Assembly (NCBI GenBank): GCA_043228905.1 | Contig: JBHGNT010000071.1 | Span: 57,589 to 121,588, forward strand | Reading direction: 5' to 3' | From: Azolla caroliniana | Lineage: Eukaryota; Plantae; Polypodiophyta | DNA: 64,000 bases | In this document: piece by piece, positions 24,763-38,509 of the stretch | Numbering within the stretch: position 1 is the stretch's first letter | Layout: each line of letters begins with the position of its first letter | Position numbers and translations under genes: made by a program | The notes under the pieces: model-generated | Seen by the model: the letters and a program-made list of their open reading frames with translations, nothing else | The model's database searches: none | Told to the model about the DNA's origin: nothing

Positions 24763-27700
24763 GGTAAGTGTGGCAAGTATATATATCCATATGTCCTAAT
24801 TATATATTGTTCAACTTGTATGTTGGAATGCATATGCATATTAGAGTAATAAATCCTTTTTCCCAATGTTTTATGAATCATTGAATTAGTAAGACAAGTT
24901 TTCATCACACTTGAGCAGTCTTGCTAAGTGGGCTATATCATTGGTCCACATGTACATATAATGTATATGTTTGTAATACGTTGGAAAGAAGTGGATTCAA
25001 AAATCATTCAAGAATGACAAAACTCTTTTTCTAGGTTGTTTCAAATTGGCATATCACATGTGGAGAGAAATGTTTCAAGAGGTAATATAGCACATCTACA
25101 TTCTTTCCCACTCTCTTACAATTACACACAAAATCTACTAACTTCTATAGTCAAGGTGGTATTTTGTTCTCCATGGCCTTGAGCCATCATCATTGAGATG
25201 CAAGATGTACGTATATAAGCTCATTACTCTCCTCCACGGTAAGAGACGTTGTTCCCTTGATATACCTTTCATGCCTTTTTTCTCTATAACAAAGATATCC
25301 AAGGACACCTATAAGTGCATTAGCCCTCAGAATGAATTTACAAGTTGCCAGCTTGACCTAGCCTAAACTTTAAAAAAAAATGGTCCAAGATGCTTAGCTC
25401 AATGAAGAGTAGTTTAGGACGATTAGATTTTTAAATGAATAGTCCAAGATACTCATAACCAGGAAGAGAGGTGTTAATGTGTTCTTGAAAGATATTGCAC
25501 AAAGACAAGTCAATCAACATTAGGGATCATGTTTTTCTCATCTAAACTTAGTAGTGCAAATTCTTGATTCTAGCACACATGCTTCTAATTTACTTGGATA
25601 AAGCCACTCACGTATTTGTTTCCTCTAATTCCATCACTTGAAGACTCGATTTTTGATGAAACAATGTTGGGGCCCCATCAAGGAGATGCCATCCAAATTG
25701 GGATAAATTTTAATTATTGTCAAAACTCAGGGGGATCAATGAGACACTATTTCAAACTTGAAACAATAAGTTGGAGATGTTTGTCCTAAGCGGATAAAAA
25801 TGGGAGAATTTTTGAAACTTGATTGATACTTTGCATGATAAATTCTCCAATTTAACAATGGAATTCTTAGGTAAATCATAAAGCTACTTTGTCATATCCT
25901 TATAATGAAGAACTAAACACTTCTATTAGTTTTTATCATATTAGGTATTGCTAGCGAGACAATAATGTTGAATATATGACCGTTTATCTTCATAAAATTA
26001 TAAATTAAACAAAATATTCGAAGCTAATGCACAATGTGAGAGCATATAAGACATCCTCATCAATTTGATGTAAGAGTTCTAAAGTTTTACTACATACATG
26101 TAATGGTGTATTAGTACAACACCGATTTTGGAAACATAAGGTCCTAAATTCTATGTTGTGTCTATTACATGTGCCTAATAGATTATTTATATTCATGCAA
26201 GTTGCTCAGACAACTACAAATCATAGTTCACAATCTCATTTGAGATAGGGTGAAGAAGGCAGAGATTTATTATTGTCCTTAGAGGTAAATTATGCCCTAT
26301 TTTATTTTATTTTATTCCATAAAAAATATCCTCCATTGGTATTAAAATTAAAGGAACAATATACATGTGTATATTGTCTTGCATCTGTTCAAAACTAATA
26401 CAACACCACCTCGGCATATCCATAGTCTCTATAGCCTCTTTTGAGTGCATTCCCTGAGACGATATTTGAAACCATAATTATGCCCGATTTTATTTGAGTG
26501 CCTGTGGATTTGGTAACCAACCTTACTAATGAACTATGCAATAGAGAGTGCCCCCTAAGCAACATCGTTGGACAAGATTGGGGTTTACAATCCGGAGGAA
26601 ACAACCTCACTTGTGATTGAAGGTGGATCATTGTAGTAGAGTGTGATACAATGAGGGGTGGAATGAATGTAAATATTCATCTTTGCACCACCCAATTTGT
26701 TGTTTATTTTGGCTTTTAGTCACATATATTAGCTAGCTAGTTAAAAATATGTTTTGGCCTCTTCCCAATTTTCAGATGAGGCCACATAATGAAGATAAAT
26801 CGAAATGTGAAATTATTGCCTCATACATTATATAATAGACATACCACAAGATAAAGCAAAATGTAAATTTGTTGTCTTTATGCATGATAAATAAGCATAC
26901 CACTTAATGCAGATACAATAAACATTAGATGGACCCACACATTATTAGTTTACGTTCACTCTATTGTATTACATGTTGAAGTGCAACTACCAAGCATATG
27001 CTATTGAAGTGTTGATTGAGGCCCACAATCCAATTGCCACCCTCCACTCAATGTGACTTAGTAGATGACATCCAAACTTGATTGCATCCCTATTTCTTGA
27101 TTCCCTTCCTAGGTCTGAGTGGAGTTGTGCAAGGGGTGTCAACATTGCGGATTCTCATTTGCCAACACCACAAGGGTGAAGCTCCCAAAGGGATGCGTCT
27201 AAAACTAATTACAATTTCCTCTCCAAGCACAATAGGTGCGATAGGCCTCAAAATACTAGACTTGTATTATGATCAAAACATTCAATAGACAATTCACCCT
27301 TGTTACACTAGCACTATGCCCATAATGAATTCAACTCTTATGATTGGGTTATGAAGGTTGCATAATATTTTGGCATTTGACATGCCTATCGGATCTCTTG
27401 TTTGTTCCTATTTTCATCTTCCTTGCATGCATTTGTAAAGATGATCCTTGGGTTCCATGACCAATTTGATAGTGAGACTTATGTGCCTAGCATACCAAGT
27501 TGTGTGTTCTATAAATGAAATATGTGGATCACAGGATCATACACTATCAACCTTTGTCATTTCTCCATAAGATTGCATCTATTTATATGCCTTTTGATAA
27601 CTTGTTTATGATAGTTTGAAAGGTGTTCTAGAATTTATGTCATCTAGTATCATGTCCTCCTACATGTAGCATACCATTATATAAAGTTGGGTTGCTTTCC

Positions 27701-29642
27701 CCCTAACCGAGGAGCGTAGCCATGCATTTACTTCCTCAACATTATGGTCCTAGTTAGACATGGTTTAGCCTATTTTTTATCCGCATTTAGATAAGGGTGG
27801 TGTACTGAAACAAATCCTCCCCATGATAGAGAGTGAGAGAGTTATATGAAAAGATAAAGAAAAAAAGGTTTTTAAAAGGACCCCATGCATTGAACTAAAA
27901 CCTACGTATGATATGTGGCCAAGTTCTGAACAAGTACCAAACACGAACTCGATCATTTTGCTGCTTTTGGTTTTACAATTTAAGTAAAATAACACGTCCA
28001 AAGATTCAAAGTTTATGGCCCAAGACCCATAAACGCAAGGGTTTAGAAGAGATATGAGATAAGATATAGGGACATGACCAAAATTAAGGAGGTAATTTGA
28101 ATGTACGTTCTCTCTACTCAAGGGCAACACAATATGGAGAGTGGAAGAATGAATCTTACACCCAACAACAAAGTTATGGGGAATATGCGTACTTGTCTTA
28201 CATTTGTACATTCCCAAGGCCACACACCAATTAATGATATATCCCCCAACTCTAGGTCTTAGTACTTTATTCCCCATGCACTCCATCTAAACTTTGAGAG
28301 TCATGTATACATAAGGCCATTTTTGTATGAGAGATGGTTGTTGTGATGATGAAAACATATTTAAAATATTTCTAGAAAATATATATGAGGGAGTTTAATG
28401 TGTGATTGGGTATATAACACATGATCAATGAGCAAACTATCACATGTAAGCTGAGGAGTCTCTAACAAAATGAGGTTTGCTACTTTGCCATAACTTGCCT
28501 TAGAGAGAGAGAGAGGGAGACAGAGAGAGATCAACCACAATATTCAGATTGTTGCAAATAGAGAGAATTTGATTTGACAACCATGATAGCCTTCTCACTA
28601 AGGCTTGGTTGCCAACGAGACTTAGACACTGATCAATCATTGCCTTTAGCCAATAGTCTATCTTGTTATAGTCATTGAAATACCTTGATTATTAGAATTT
28701 TTACATAATGGAGAATTGGGATGTCATTGAGTTTGGAGGATCATATGTTACATGCGATTGGAGATAACATTGTAAAAGGTGAGGATTACACATGATGCAC
28801 GATGATCGACGCATAAGGGGTTATGCTTATAATAATTGATCACCCATATAAATGTTTTGGCTCCTTGATGACGTTACATTTTTTAGAGTTATTGTCGTCC
28901 CTAGGCTAGATGGAGGGGATCCATGGACAATTTGGTTAATTGACCACCAAATACTTATTCCTCGCGTGTGGACTAATGGGATGTACTTAGGAGTTTGTTT
29001 GGAGGGTCTTGTTGGTTCGTTTGTTATTTTTAATTTTGCTAAAACAACATCGTATCATAAATGGTACGTGTCTCTTTTGTATGATGCTTTTATGATGCCC
29101 AATTGCAAGGCCTATATGGAGAATTTATTTCTGGCATTTGGATTTCAATTTTCGATCACGAGCATTACAATGACCAAGTATTAGTAGACCTTGGCTCAAT
29201 TTTGATAGCCATTTCTCATGTTCCATCTCCGGAATTTAACCTCGATTCATTGTCTGTCGTCATAATCCACCACTGCGCTTTATTATCATTACTACTATCA
29301 TGCCATTCTTACAACGTGGCATTTTGGTTCATTCCTTGCTAGGGCCAATGGCATGATTGATGGGGTACAAACGATGCTAGTTTGTTTGTTTTTCGTCTTG
29401 GATCAACAACAGGGTACTGGGAGACATGATGGCAGTTGCCGGAAAAGGCTCGACATAGGACATAGGCTCGGCACAGGGAATGGACCCGACCCGACCCGAC
29501 CCTACTGACAAACTTGCATGTGTATTGTAAGTAACATGGTTCTATAGCAGACACACTTCCTTTACCGGGAACTCTGTAAAGAATATCAAACGATTTGAAT
29601 GGAAGTTGTTTGTTTTGTTTCCTTTGCATATATACCTACATT

Positions 29643-29705
29643 ATACATACATACATACATACATACATACATACATACATTATACATACATACATCATAC
29701 ATACA
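29643..29705. repeat. (ATAC)n microsatellite near the MUB transcription start; (CT)n at 29885-29921 at the start of its 5' UTR intron
   Basis: Direct reading of the tracts; GTAAGC donor at 29880. Confidence 0.85.
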
Positions 29706-29878
29706 AAGAGCCAAGAGCCAGGAGGCGATGAAAAGAAGTTTCTTTCTTTCCTTCCGGGAGAGAGAAGGACCGGGAGCGAGAGACACACAGACAGACGATA
29801 TGAATGGAAGTTTGTCTCTCTCTGAAGAGGGACTCCGAAACTAGGTGCTCAACATCTCTGCGCAGACGCCATCTCTAC

Positions 29879-29924
<46 letters not shown>

Positions 29925-30569
29925 AGTTTTAGATCTTAGTTTTTCTATCTTTCTTTGCTATATATATTGTTCTTCTCCTTCCTTCGTTTTTCCTCTGAAA
30001 TTTCTGTTTTATAGTGCCTCTGAATATTTCAATTCTCGGAATATCCCCGGACAGTAGAAAAAATTCGTGACAAATTTGGTTATGGTGTAACCATAAAACA
30101 TTGAATTGGAAGGAAGAAATTAATACTGGGATTCATCAGATTTTGTCGATTATTGTGAAAGGCTATTGTTTATTTATCCAACCTTATTTCAGCGTAATTT
30201 AACAAAAGCAAAGACCTGTCTTTCGATTTTGCAATGAAACATTTTTCTTGTGTGGATTTTCGTAAACCAAATTTGATTTGAAAAGAAGATAGTATAATAA
30301 GAGATTTTTTTTCCTATCATTTAAGTTAGTTTTATGAGAAGTATATGATTCCTTTATCTCAACTTCCAGAAAGAAGAGACTTTCTTCTCTCTCTCTCTCA
30401 CTCCCACCTTCTCTTTTGTTTAAAGAAAACATTCTTGTGTCAGGATTGTTAAATGAGATTTAATTTGAGTGAGCTTGTAATGAATTATAAAAAGACATTA
30501 TTTTTCAGGATTGTAAAATAGAATTTGGTTTGAAAAAGAGATTATAAATAAATTGTAAAGACATTGGGA

Positions 30570-32498
30570 ATGGCAGCTGAAGAGCTATTAGAGCTCAAAT
30601 TCCGCCTTTATGATGGTACTGATATTGGACCTAACAAATATGCACCGGAAACAAGTGTTCTTACCCTGAAAGAAGCCATTCTTTCTCAGTGGCCAAAAGG
30701 TACAACATATGTTTTTAACCGTTATTCGCAAACTATGATTCAAAATGGTAGAATAAAAGGAAATTTTAATTTTAAAATCATATAATCATAGAGGCGTAAG
30801 TTGTAGTTTCTTCTATTATTGGTGCTAAAGTTTGGTGCAAATTTTATTTACTAAACTAAGCCAAGAGTTGCCTAACTGTTTGTGTATGAAGTTCTAGAAA
30901 TGGGTTTATGAGGCAAGAGGCATCTTCCTTGCACAATATTAAGTGACAGAAGTCCTTTTTATGGGAATAGGTTAGTTAATAGAATATTTTTCAGTTTTGT
31001 ATCCCTAATTTTCATAAATGATTTCATAATCTTGCAGTGCAGCTCCACTTTTCGACTCTTTATAGCATGTAGGATATCCCAAACCTAGTTACTGTAGGTT
31101 GCATATTTTGAGCTAAAAGGCAACCTGAATGCATCTAACCACTTCCATTTAGGTACAATAGGCAGATTCATATTACTGTTTTGTTGTAGTTAGATTGCAG
31201 ATTAGTTTGACTATTTTGTGCTAATTGAGTGTCATCATGTCCCCAGAGAAAGAAAATGGTCCTAGGACTATAAGTGATATGAAGTTGATAAATGCGGGTA
31301 AAATTCTAGAGAATAACAAAACCTTAGCTGAATCAAGGGTGCTGATTGGCGAACTTCTTGGAGGAACAATTACGATGCATGTGGTTGTGAGTCAACCGGA
31401 TTTCGAAAAAGGGGGTAAGTATATTTATATTCATAGTTAATGAGACACTTCCGGATTATACAAATTTCATCATGATGTTTGTGTTCAGAGTTCTGATATG
31501 CTGTGTTACATTTGAGTGGAAGTTGAATCTCTGAAATTGTGCTTGTATCATTGTTTTTCCCAAATAGAAAAGGTCAAACTTCACCACTGGCGTCAGATAT
31601 TAAATTAGGCTTCAATATTTGTTCCACTTGACACTTTCTCGAAGAAGGCTTGTTTTTGTTTCTATCTTTTTGATGCTTTATTGTGATTTATATGTATCTA
31701 TAAACCCCCCAAAAAGTAATGATAACTGGCAATTATCTAAAGAGTGATTGTTACATTTTTCACTGACTTTTTACTAATAAGCAAGCTAATCCCACATGGA
31801 AGCATGTATGTACATTGAAGTTCTTTCATCTTAGAGTGACCATTTGGGATAGATTTAAGATTAATCGTTTGTCCTTGTTTTCTTGACAATAATATTTCTT
31901 AAGTGTGCCCATATGACCACTTGGGCTATCTTTAGTCTGTATGGCCAGTTGGGCTGTATTTTTATTTGCAGATTCAAATCATTTTCATATTTGTTCCTAA
32001 CATCTATAACTTACAGAGTTCCACATAGGCATAGTACTGGAAAATGTCAATTTTCTTTCCTAATTTCCCATTGAATAAATTTTGCGAGAAAAAAAAGTAA
32101 ATAAATTATTGTTTTTATTAAAATTTCAAAAAAAAATTCATCCTTTTGTTGTAACTAGTGGCACTTCTTAATTTTTCTTGCACTCTGTTTTCTTCCATCC
32201 TTCAATCATACCAAAACATGTCTTTTGGGGAATGGTATGCTATGAAGTTCAAATTTGTTTTTAGATATTTAAAGATTGTCTTGTTGCAGCTTAATATCGT
32301 AATTAATACTTGGCTAATGAGACAAAAGAAATATATTTCGTGCGCTGATGTCCAAAAATTGAGTTAGATAGTTGAACAATGTTTCTTTATAAATGATTTT
32401 ATGCAATTTCAGTTTCAATCAATAAATTTACAATTTCCTCAATTTGTTAAGCAGGTTCATTAGGGAAGAAGGGCTGTGCATCATGTTGCATACTTTGA
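30570..32498 (+). CDS. MUB: Membrane-anchored ubiquitin-fold protein, about 113 aa, 3 coding exons
   Basis: Exons 30570-30699, 31247-31414 and 32455-32498 join in phase. ELKFRLYDGTDIGP...SQWPKEKENGPRT...KLINAGKILENNKTL...TMHVVV...GCASCCIL*, ending in a CaaX prenylation motif. Confidence 0.95.
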
Positions 32499-34128
32499 CA
32501 TCTTTTTTCACTCAATGTCATCTGGATGGAGTGGGATTGGGATTGAAGAAAAGGAGCATGAGGACCCATGCTGTAATTATTTAACTATCGCAACTGTTGC
32601 ATGGCACCTGCTCCCATAGCCATCGTGAGTTAAGTCAAAATGACCCACTATTTTGTTGTGAAGATGTTTGTCATGGAGTTGGACTTGTAAATCATTTGAG
32701 AGCGGTTCATGAGAATTTAAATTGAGATCATTGATCTTGTTAGTAGTAGCTGTAGGACTCATCTCCAAAAAGCTAGTCACATATGTGTAAAGAAAAAATA
32801 GATTAGCCTCATAAATATAGCTTCAATGAGGTTACAATATGTGCTTGTAGTGGTGCTCAAACATGAGCTATTGCAATAATTTGTGTTGTCTTTCATTCTT
32901 CTTGACATTTGTGCAATTCTAAAGAGGATTGAGTAGGGAAACTCATTTATCACGCACTAATTTAAAAGATCATACATACAACATACATGCAAAAGATCTT
33001 GTCCTTGGTTAAATCAAATGATGCAACCTTGTTGCAAGAGTGACAAAACTCTGTGTTTCATCAACCAATAGAAACTTGAATCACCAATACCAATCATACT
33101 TAGTGTCAGAGGTAGTGATGTATTTGGTGTTCTTAAATATTTTAAAATCACGCCTGAATTAGTCAAGCAAAAAAATTAGATATAATAGTGTATGAGAGAG
33201 AGAGAGAGAGAATGTAAAGATTAGGAAATTACAACCATCTTTAGATGCTTTGCTCATTTATCCATTTCAAGGTAGCAATGTACATAGATGCATCTTCCCT
33301 TTTTGGATTCTAAACCACAATATTTGCTTAACAAAAGACAGGAAGACTTAACAAAAACTCAACTAACAATCTTCGGAGATGCCAAGGACATGTAGTTATA
33401 CATCTTTGTAAACTGAATCTCTCATTAAATTGACCACCCATACTTAAGCCCCAAGAAGATAACCTAGAGTTTTCTTGTTTCTTTAGGCTGCAAGCTTACA
33501 TACATCCCTACCTTTTCTAAAATTCCAAGAAATCCATGTAACAACACAGTTAGATGATTTCCCCCTTTGCTTGTTTTACATAGTTACTGTTATCTTATGT
33601 GTCGAGACTATTCTAACTTGTGTTGCAGACTATAATCAGTGATTAGAACACACTTTTGTTTCAACGTTTGAAAGAAATTTTCATCGGCTTGAAAAACTGT
33701 GGCTATGTTCCAGCCAATTCAAATGATATTACTTCAAAAAACTTATGGTTAAATAGTTTATACGTTCATGATTTATCATTAATTCTGAACATGATGCGGT
33801 ACCTATTACCTTGCCATACACACCCAATTATCATTGTCAAGTTTCATGAGTTGCTTAAAAATGTTTTATAAGATTTGGTGTAGATGATGAGCTTAAACCT
33901 TGACTAAGTGTGACTTGAACCTTCATTATGTTGGTCTATATTTTCCTTAAATCTTAGCATACATTAAGAGATCTTGATTAGTGCCTAAAACCTAAACGAT
34001 AAATTGTTTTACTTAGCTAAAACCTTGATTTCATGTAGCCACATCAAGCATTCATTAATCAAGTGTTTGTAACCCTTGATTACATACATTGTGAGGTAAA
34101 ACTTTCATTTGAGGTCATTAAGGATATA

Positions 34129-35836
34129 TCAACAATAGCTGGGTGTGAAGGTGAGACGAGAGGTGCTAGTGCTGAAGGAGAGAAGGAAACCTTGCTGTTG
34201 AATGTTTCCAAGTATAGATAAACCCCATGATGGAGCAAATGCAAGGCAATAAGTTGCGGCATCATCATCGATACCGATAAGGTAATTCGCAGTGGGAAGG
34301 CTAATTGTAAGGCTAATTGTAGCTGTAGATGGGGCTGAATTCTTGCTGCCTATCCTGCCAGGGGCATTGTCTGTCCCCATTTCCACCAAATGGAGGTCAA
34401 TAGTCGGCACACTGACCAACACCATCCCCGAGAGGTCGTAGCAAGTGTCAAATATCTCCATTCCTCCATCCACAAGCCTCAAATCTGTTGCTGCCTCCTG
34501 AAACGCCTCTCTCAATGTCGTAGGCGACCTATTCGAGCCGAGTCACTGTCGTCCCTGAATCCACCACAACACCGCCTTCACTGTTCTCCGACAACCCCCG
34601 TATCGCCGATGATATGGGCAGCCGTCTTCCTCCCACACTGATCCCTTCCAACTCAATGTAGTAGAAGGTGTCCATCCTCTGGTTCCGTAATAGCGGTGTA
34701 CTCACAGACTGTCGGTCATCTGTAGGCGTGTTTTCGCTGGATCCTGGATCGCCCGAGTTATTCAATCCGAATGCCAGAGTTCCTCCTCCATATCCCATCG
34801 CCGGAAGACAGTATGCAAAATTGCGATGGGAAGGACATGCTGCCAGCCCCAAGCCCGAGCAAGCCAGCAGAGACACTGAACCGCCCCTCATTATCATGCC
34901 CGCATCCGATCCCTATCCCTGACACCACTGCCCCACTGGAGAAGGTGGGCATCTCGGTCACTAGGTTCCCAACCTTGAATGACCCGTCGCCATATTGGAC
35001 CTCGTACGTGAAGCTCTGGATGCAGGTGTGGAGCGGGAGGTGGGCACAGAGTGGCGAGGTGCACAAGATTGGGCGGAAGGACGAGGAGGCAGAAGGCCGG
35101 AAAATGGGGTCAGGTTGGGGGTAGCATTGATTACAAAGAGCACATTGCAACCATGTGAGGTCACTAGCAGTGTCCAGGATCATGTAGGTGGGCAAGGGAT
35201 TTTCACGAGGTACTCACCGCTGCCGCGGTTTGCACCAGACGAGACCAGACTATTGATCGGTGGTGGTGGTGGTGGTGGTGGTGATGATGAGGGGCGGTGC
35301 CGGTGCCGGTGCCATTGGCAGTGTTGATCAAGCGATCCATGAAATGTAGTGGTCAGACCTGGCAGCATGGCTGCAGATGATAAGGTTGGTTCTATTGGGG
35401 CAACAAGGGGTAATGATCCGGCACGAGGGCTTCCTGAACCCATCCTTAACAATGACAAATTTTCACGGGCCCACCTCACGGCACCAAATATAGCTTCCAC
35501 TTTCCCCTTATCTCGCTTCAAACGATCCATCCTTATACTTGCTATATGAGTCTTCATGTGATTGCTCAAGGATTGCACTGATGATGGCACTATCACCACG
35601 CTATCCAAGACCTCAGTATGCCATGTCCACGTTGCATTAATTCTTTTAAGTGAGAGATTATAGGCAGTGTGGGATCCTCTTCTAGCATCTCCAAAGATCT
35701 CTAACTTTACAAACTGTTGGTACGTATAGGGAGGTTTATTGGTTTGACTAAGCTTATGAGCTATGGTAGCACAATGAGCAGTAAGTCTTAGAAGGGACAA
35801 GAGCAAAGAAACCATTGCCAACTTGAACTTTTCCAT
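34129..35836 (-). pseudogene. Intronless A1 (nepenthesin/ASPG1-like) aspartic protease with three frameshifts
   Basis: Signal peptide from the ATG at 35836; SGANRGSGEYLV | LDTASDLTWLQC..YGDGS..GCGHDNEG | FAYCL..FYYIELEGISVGG..VVVDSGTTVTRL | FDTCYDLSG..YCLAF..SILGNIQQQ. The four segments are offset by frameshifts near 35200, 34875 and 34520; first catalytic motif reads DTA instead of DTG. Confidence 0.88.
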
Positions 35837-35959
35837 ACAAGCTGCAATGGAGAATAAAAGGATTGAAACAAAAGGCCTGGAATCTTGAAGAAGAAGAAGA
35901 AGAAGAAGAAGAAGCTTGTTTTGATAATGAACAAAATGCTGTTGGCTTAGGAATTCCAA

Positions 35960-36129
35960 AGAGCACCTTTTCCAAATCAAACATAAGAATCTCTTTATTT
36001 TATTGCCTTCCAAATGCATCATGATAAAGAGGAACAAAAAGGTCCAAAGAACACCTCTTCCAAATCAAGCATAAGAATCTCTTTATTTTATAGCCTTCGA
36101 AATGCGCCATAATAAAGAGGAGCAAAAGG
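35960..36129. repeat. Tandem duplication of about 88 bp upstream of the aspartic protease
   Basis: CACCT.TTCCAAATCAA.CATAAGAATCTCTTTATTTTAT.GCCTTC.AAATGC..CAT.ATAAAGAGGA.CAAAA occurs twice. Confidence 0.9.
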
Positions 36130-37373
36130 AGTGCCTCTTCATTAAAAAGTCTATTCCTCAATATCTTAAATCCTAAAACCTTTTTATTTCTTAATTTCCT
36201 ATTTGTAAAGACACTTACAGTTAGCCAATCATCAAAGCCACTTACAGTTTAATCTACCTCACTCATTTTTAAGTTCAATCTGACTCCAGCTACATTTTAA
36301 ATTATCTACCTGGTTGACAGTCATCACAAACATAAGGATCCCAATCAGAACTGAATTCACTTCAGGTTTCATCAATTGCTCTTTGGTATTTACAATTAAT
36401 ACTCAGGTTAGTTTCACACCTAGAATTCATATGCTTCCATGTTAAGTTATTCATGACTATTCATGGAGTTCTTCACAAACTAGAACACTTGGTCGAATCC
36501 CTACTCAGCTGATGAGTTGTGCAAACAAGGTCTACCATTAGCCTCACAACTCTTCATACAACGGCAACGTCAATGTCACTACATGCAGATGCAATCCCAT
36601 CAAAACCCCTTATAAACAGTTGTATTATACACATAATAAGAAAACCACAATTGTTTTATGATGTGAAGATTTAAACTATTTTCTCACTAGGACAATCATT
36701 GTTAATGAGTAATTGATAAGAAGGGTACACAAATAGTAAAGAGATATTGATATTAATCTTTCCTCATTTTTATTGTAAAACTGCACAAAGTAATCAACCA
36801 CAATGTTCCTTCAAGAATATGACACATAAATAGCTCCTGAGAGAATCATGTGTATATATAATACATGACTCAAAAGTCCTCTATGGCACCAAAAGAATTG
36901 TTTTCACATAGAACCTGTAGAATTGACAAACATTCTCAAAGCTCAACAATTTTACAACGGAGAGAGTTACCACAAACACACCCCTAGATATATGTTACTT
37001 CTCATTTCACTATAACAATGCAAAAACTAGTTGATCTTGATGTTCCTAAGAAAATGGGACAGCTAAGATATATATTATTACTTTCCTGGAAGATCTAATA
37101 TGACCACAGAATCAAAACAATGTTTTTTGCATATTGTGTGTGGAGCTGTTAATAAACTCTCAATGCTCAAGAATTTGTAAAGAATATTATAAATATGCAT
37201 TACAATTGATATACATAGATAAGAGACCTATTAGCATGCCATACAGGTTCTCCTCAGAGGCTCAATATCACAGGGGGAGAGACATATAACAGAAACAAGA
37301 TACAGAGGAAAATGTCATATAGAGGCATGCAACAAAGATGATAAGGTTGAATTACCAATGTACAAGGAGAGCA

Positions 37374-38490
37374 TTAGCATTGGTGGGTGACACACTTGTC
37401 AATGTGGAATCGGGTCTCCTCAAATCGGATGCAAGTACAAGCATCATGAGTGGTAGTGACACGGGTGCGAAACATGACACTGTGGGAAGCATCATAAGAG
37501 GATCGTTCAGAAACCAGGGTGTCACCACGCACAAGGGGCCGCTTAATGGATGGTGGAGGAAGACCAATGAAGCTAGTTCCAGAGACACCAGAACCTGGCA
37601 CAGATGGAACTGAGGGCTTCCACTTGGGTCCTAATGGTTTCTTGTCTGGATCTGTAATGCCCCCCTTAATAGGAGGAAGTTCAGATGCTGGGTTTTCTCC
37701 CTTACTTAGGGGGCATTGGCTTGATGAGTTGTCATGAGCACCATTAGATAGGGGTTCTTCACATACCGCTTTTCTCTTTATCTTCGTCTTCTCACAAACA
37801 ACATCACCATGGGTATTACCATCATCGTTACCAGCATTGCAAGTCTTCAGTTCCTTATTATTTTTCTTATTCTCTTTCTGCTTTGCATCCTCGTCCTTAT
37901 TTTCCATAGCTGTCCGGTCTCTACAGCCCTCTTCTTCTTCATTTTTTTCTTCTTCCTTTGCATTATCCTTCTTGCTCTGGATAATTTGCAATGGTATATG
38001 AACCTCCAAGACCTCTGACATAGGTTTCCTTTGCTTTGCTTTTCTCAATACCTCTTCTTCATCCATCTCTTCTCCACTCACAATCACCACCATTTGATCC
38101 TTCCCTACCATAACTTCCTTAACTCCTGCTTCCATGTAAACCTCTTCTCTCAGTAAAACCCTAACCCGCATATACAAACATAGTAAACCCTAATGTGTAG
38201 GCAACGTACATTAAGTCCTGCTATTTTTAATGTTTATTTTACCTGCAACTCGCTTCAAATCTTTGCAAATACGAGATCTGCAACCTTCACAGCATCGGAG
38301 ATCGACCTTGAGCGAGATCTTCTGAAAAGAGGTATAAGAAGAAAAGGAAACGAGTTAGGGTTTGTTTTCACCACACACACAAGAAATATATAGATGAAAC
38401 ATTCTTCGTTATTTATCCCTGCATCCAAATTAGGGTTCTCACCATGGCTTCACGTACAACTTCTTCTTCGTCTTTCTGAAGCTCCACCAT
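37374..38490 (-). CDS. Heavy-metal-associated (HMA) domain protein, HPP/HIPP-like but without a CaaX motif, about 292 aa, 3 exons
   Basis: Exons 38490-38443, 38321-38243 and 38125-37374 join in phase. KISLKVDLRCCEGCRSRICKDLKRVAGVKEVMV..QMVVIVSG is an HMA fold with a CCxxC metal site; K/E-rich linker; ends CVTHQC*. Confidence 0.88.
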
Positions 38491-38509
38491 TTCTCTGTTA
38501 ATAGGATCT

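Noticed and set aside
25000-29300. Short ORFs between the HD-Zip and MUB genes, including 27777-28286
   Set aside because: No recognisable domains or consistent splice structure; they look like decayed, CpG-depleted repeat DNA.
35837-36037. N-terminal extension of the aspartic protease ORF (poly-Leu)
   Set aside because: It derives from a (CTT)n microsatellite and a tandem duplication in the leader; the signal peptide begins at the ATG at 35836.
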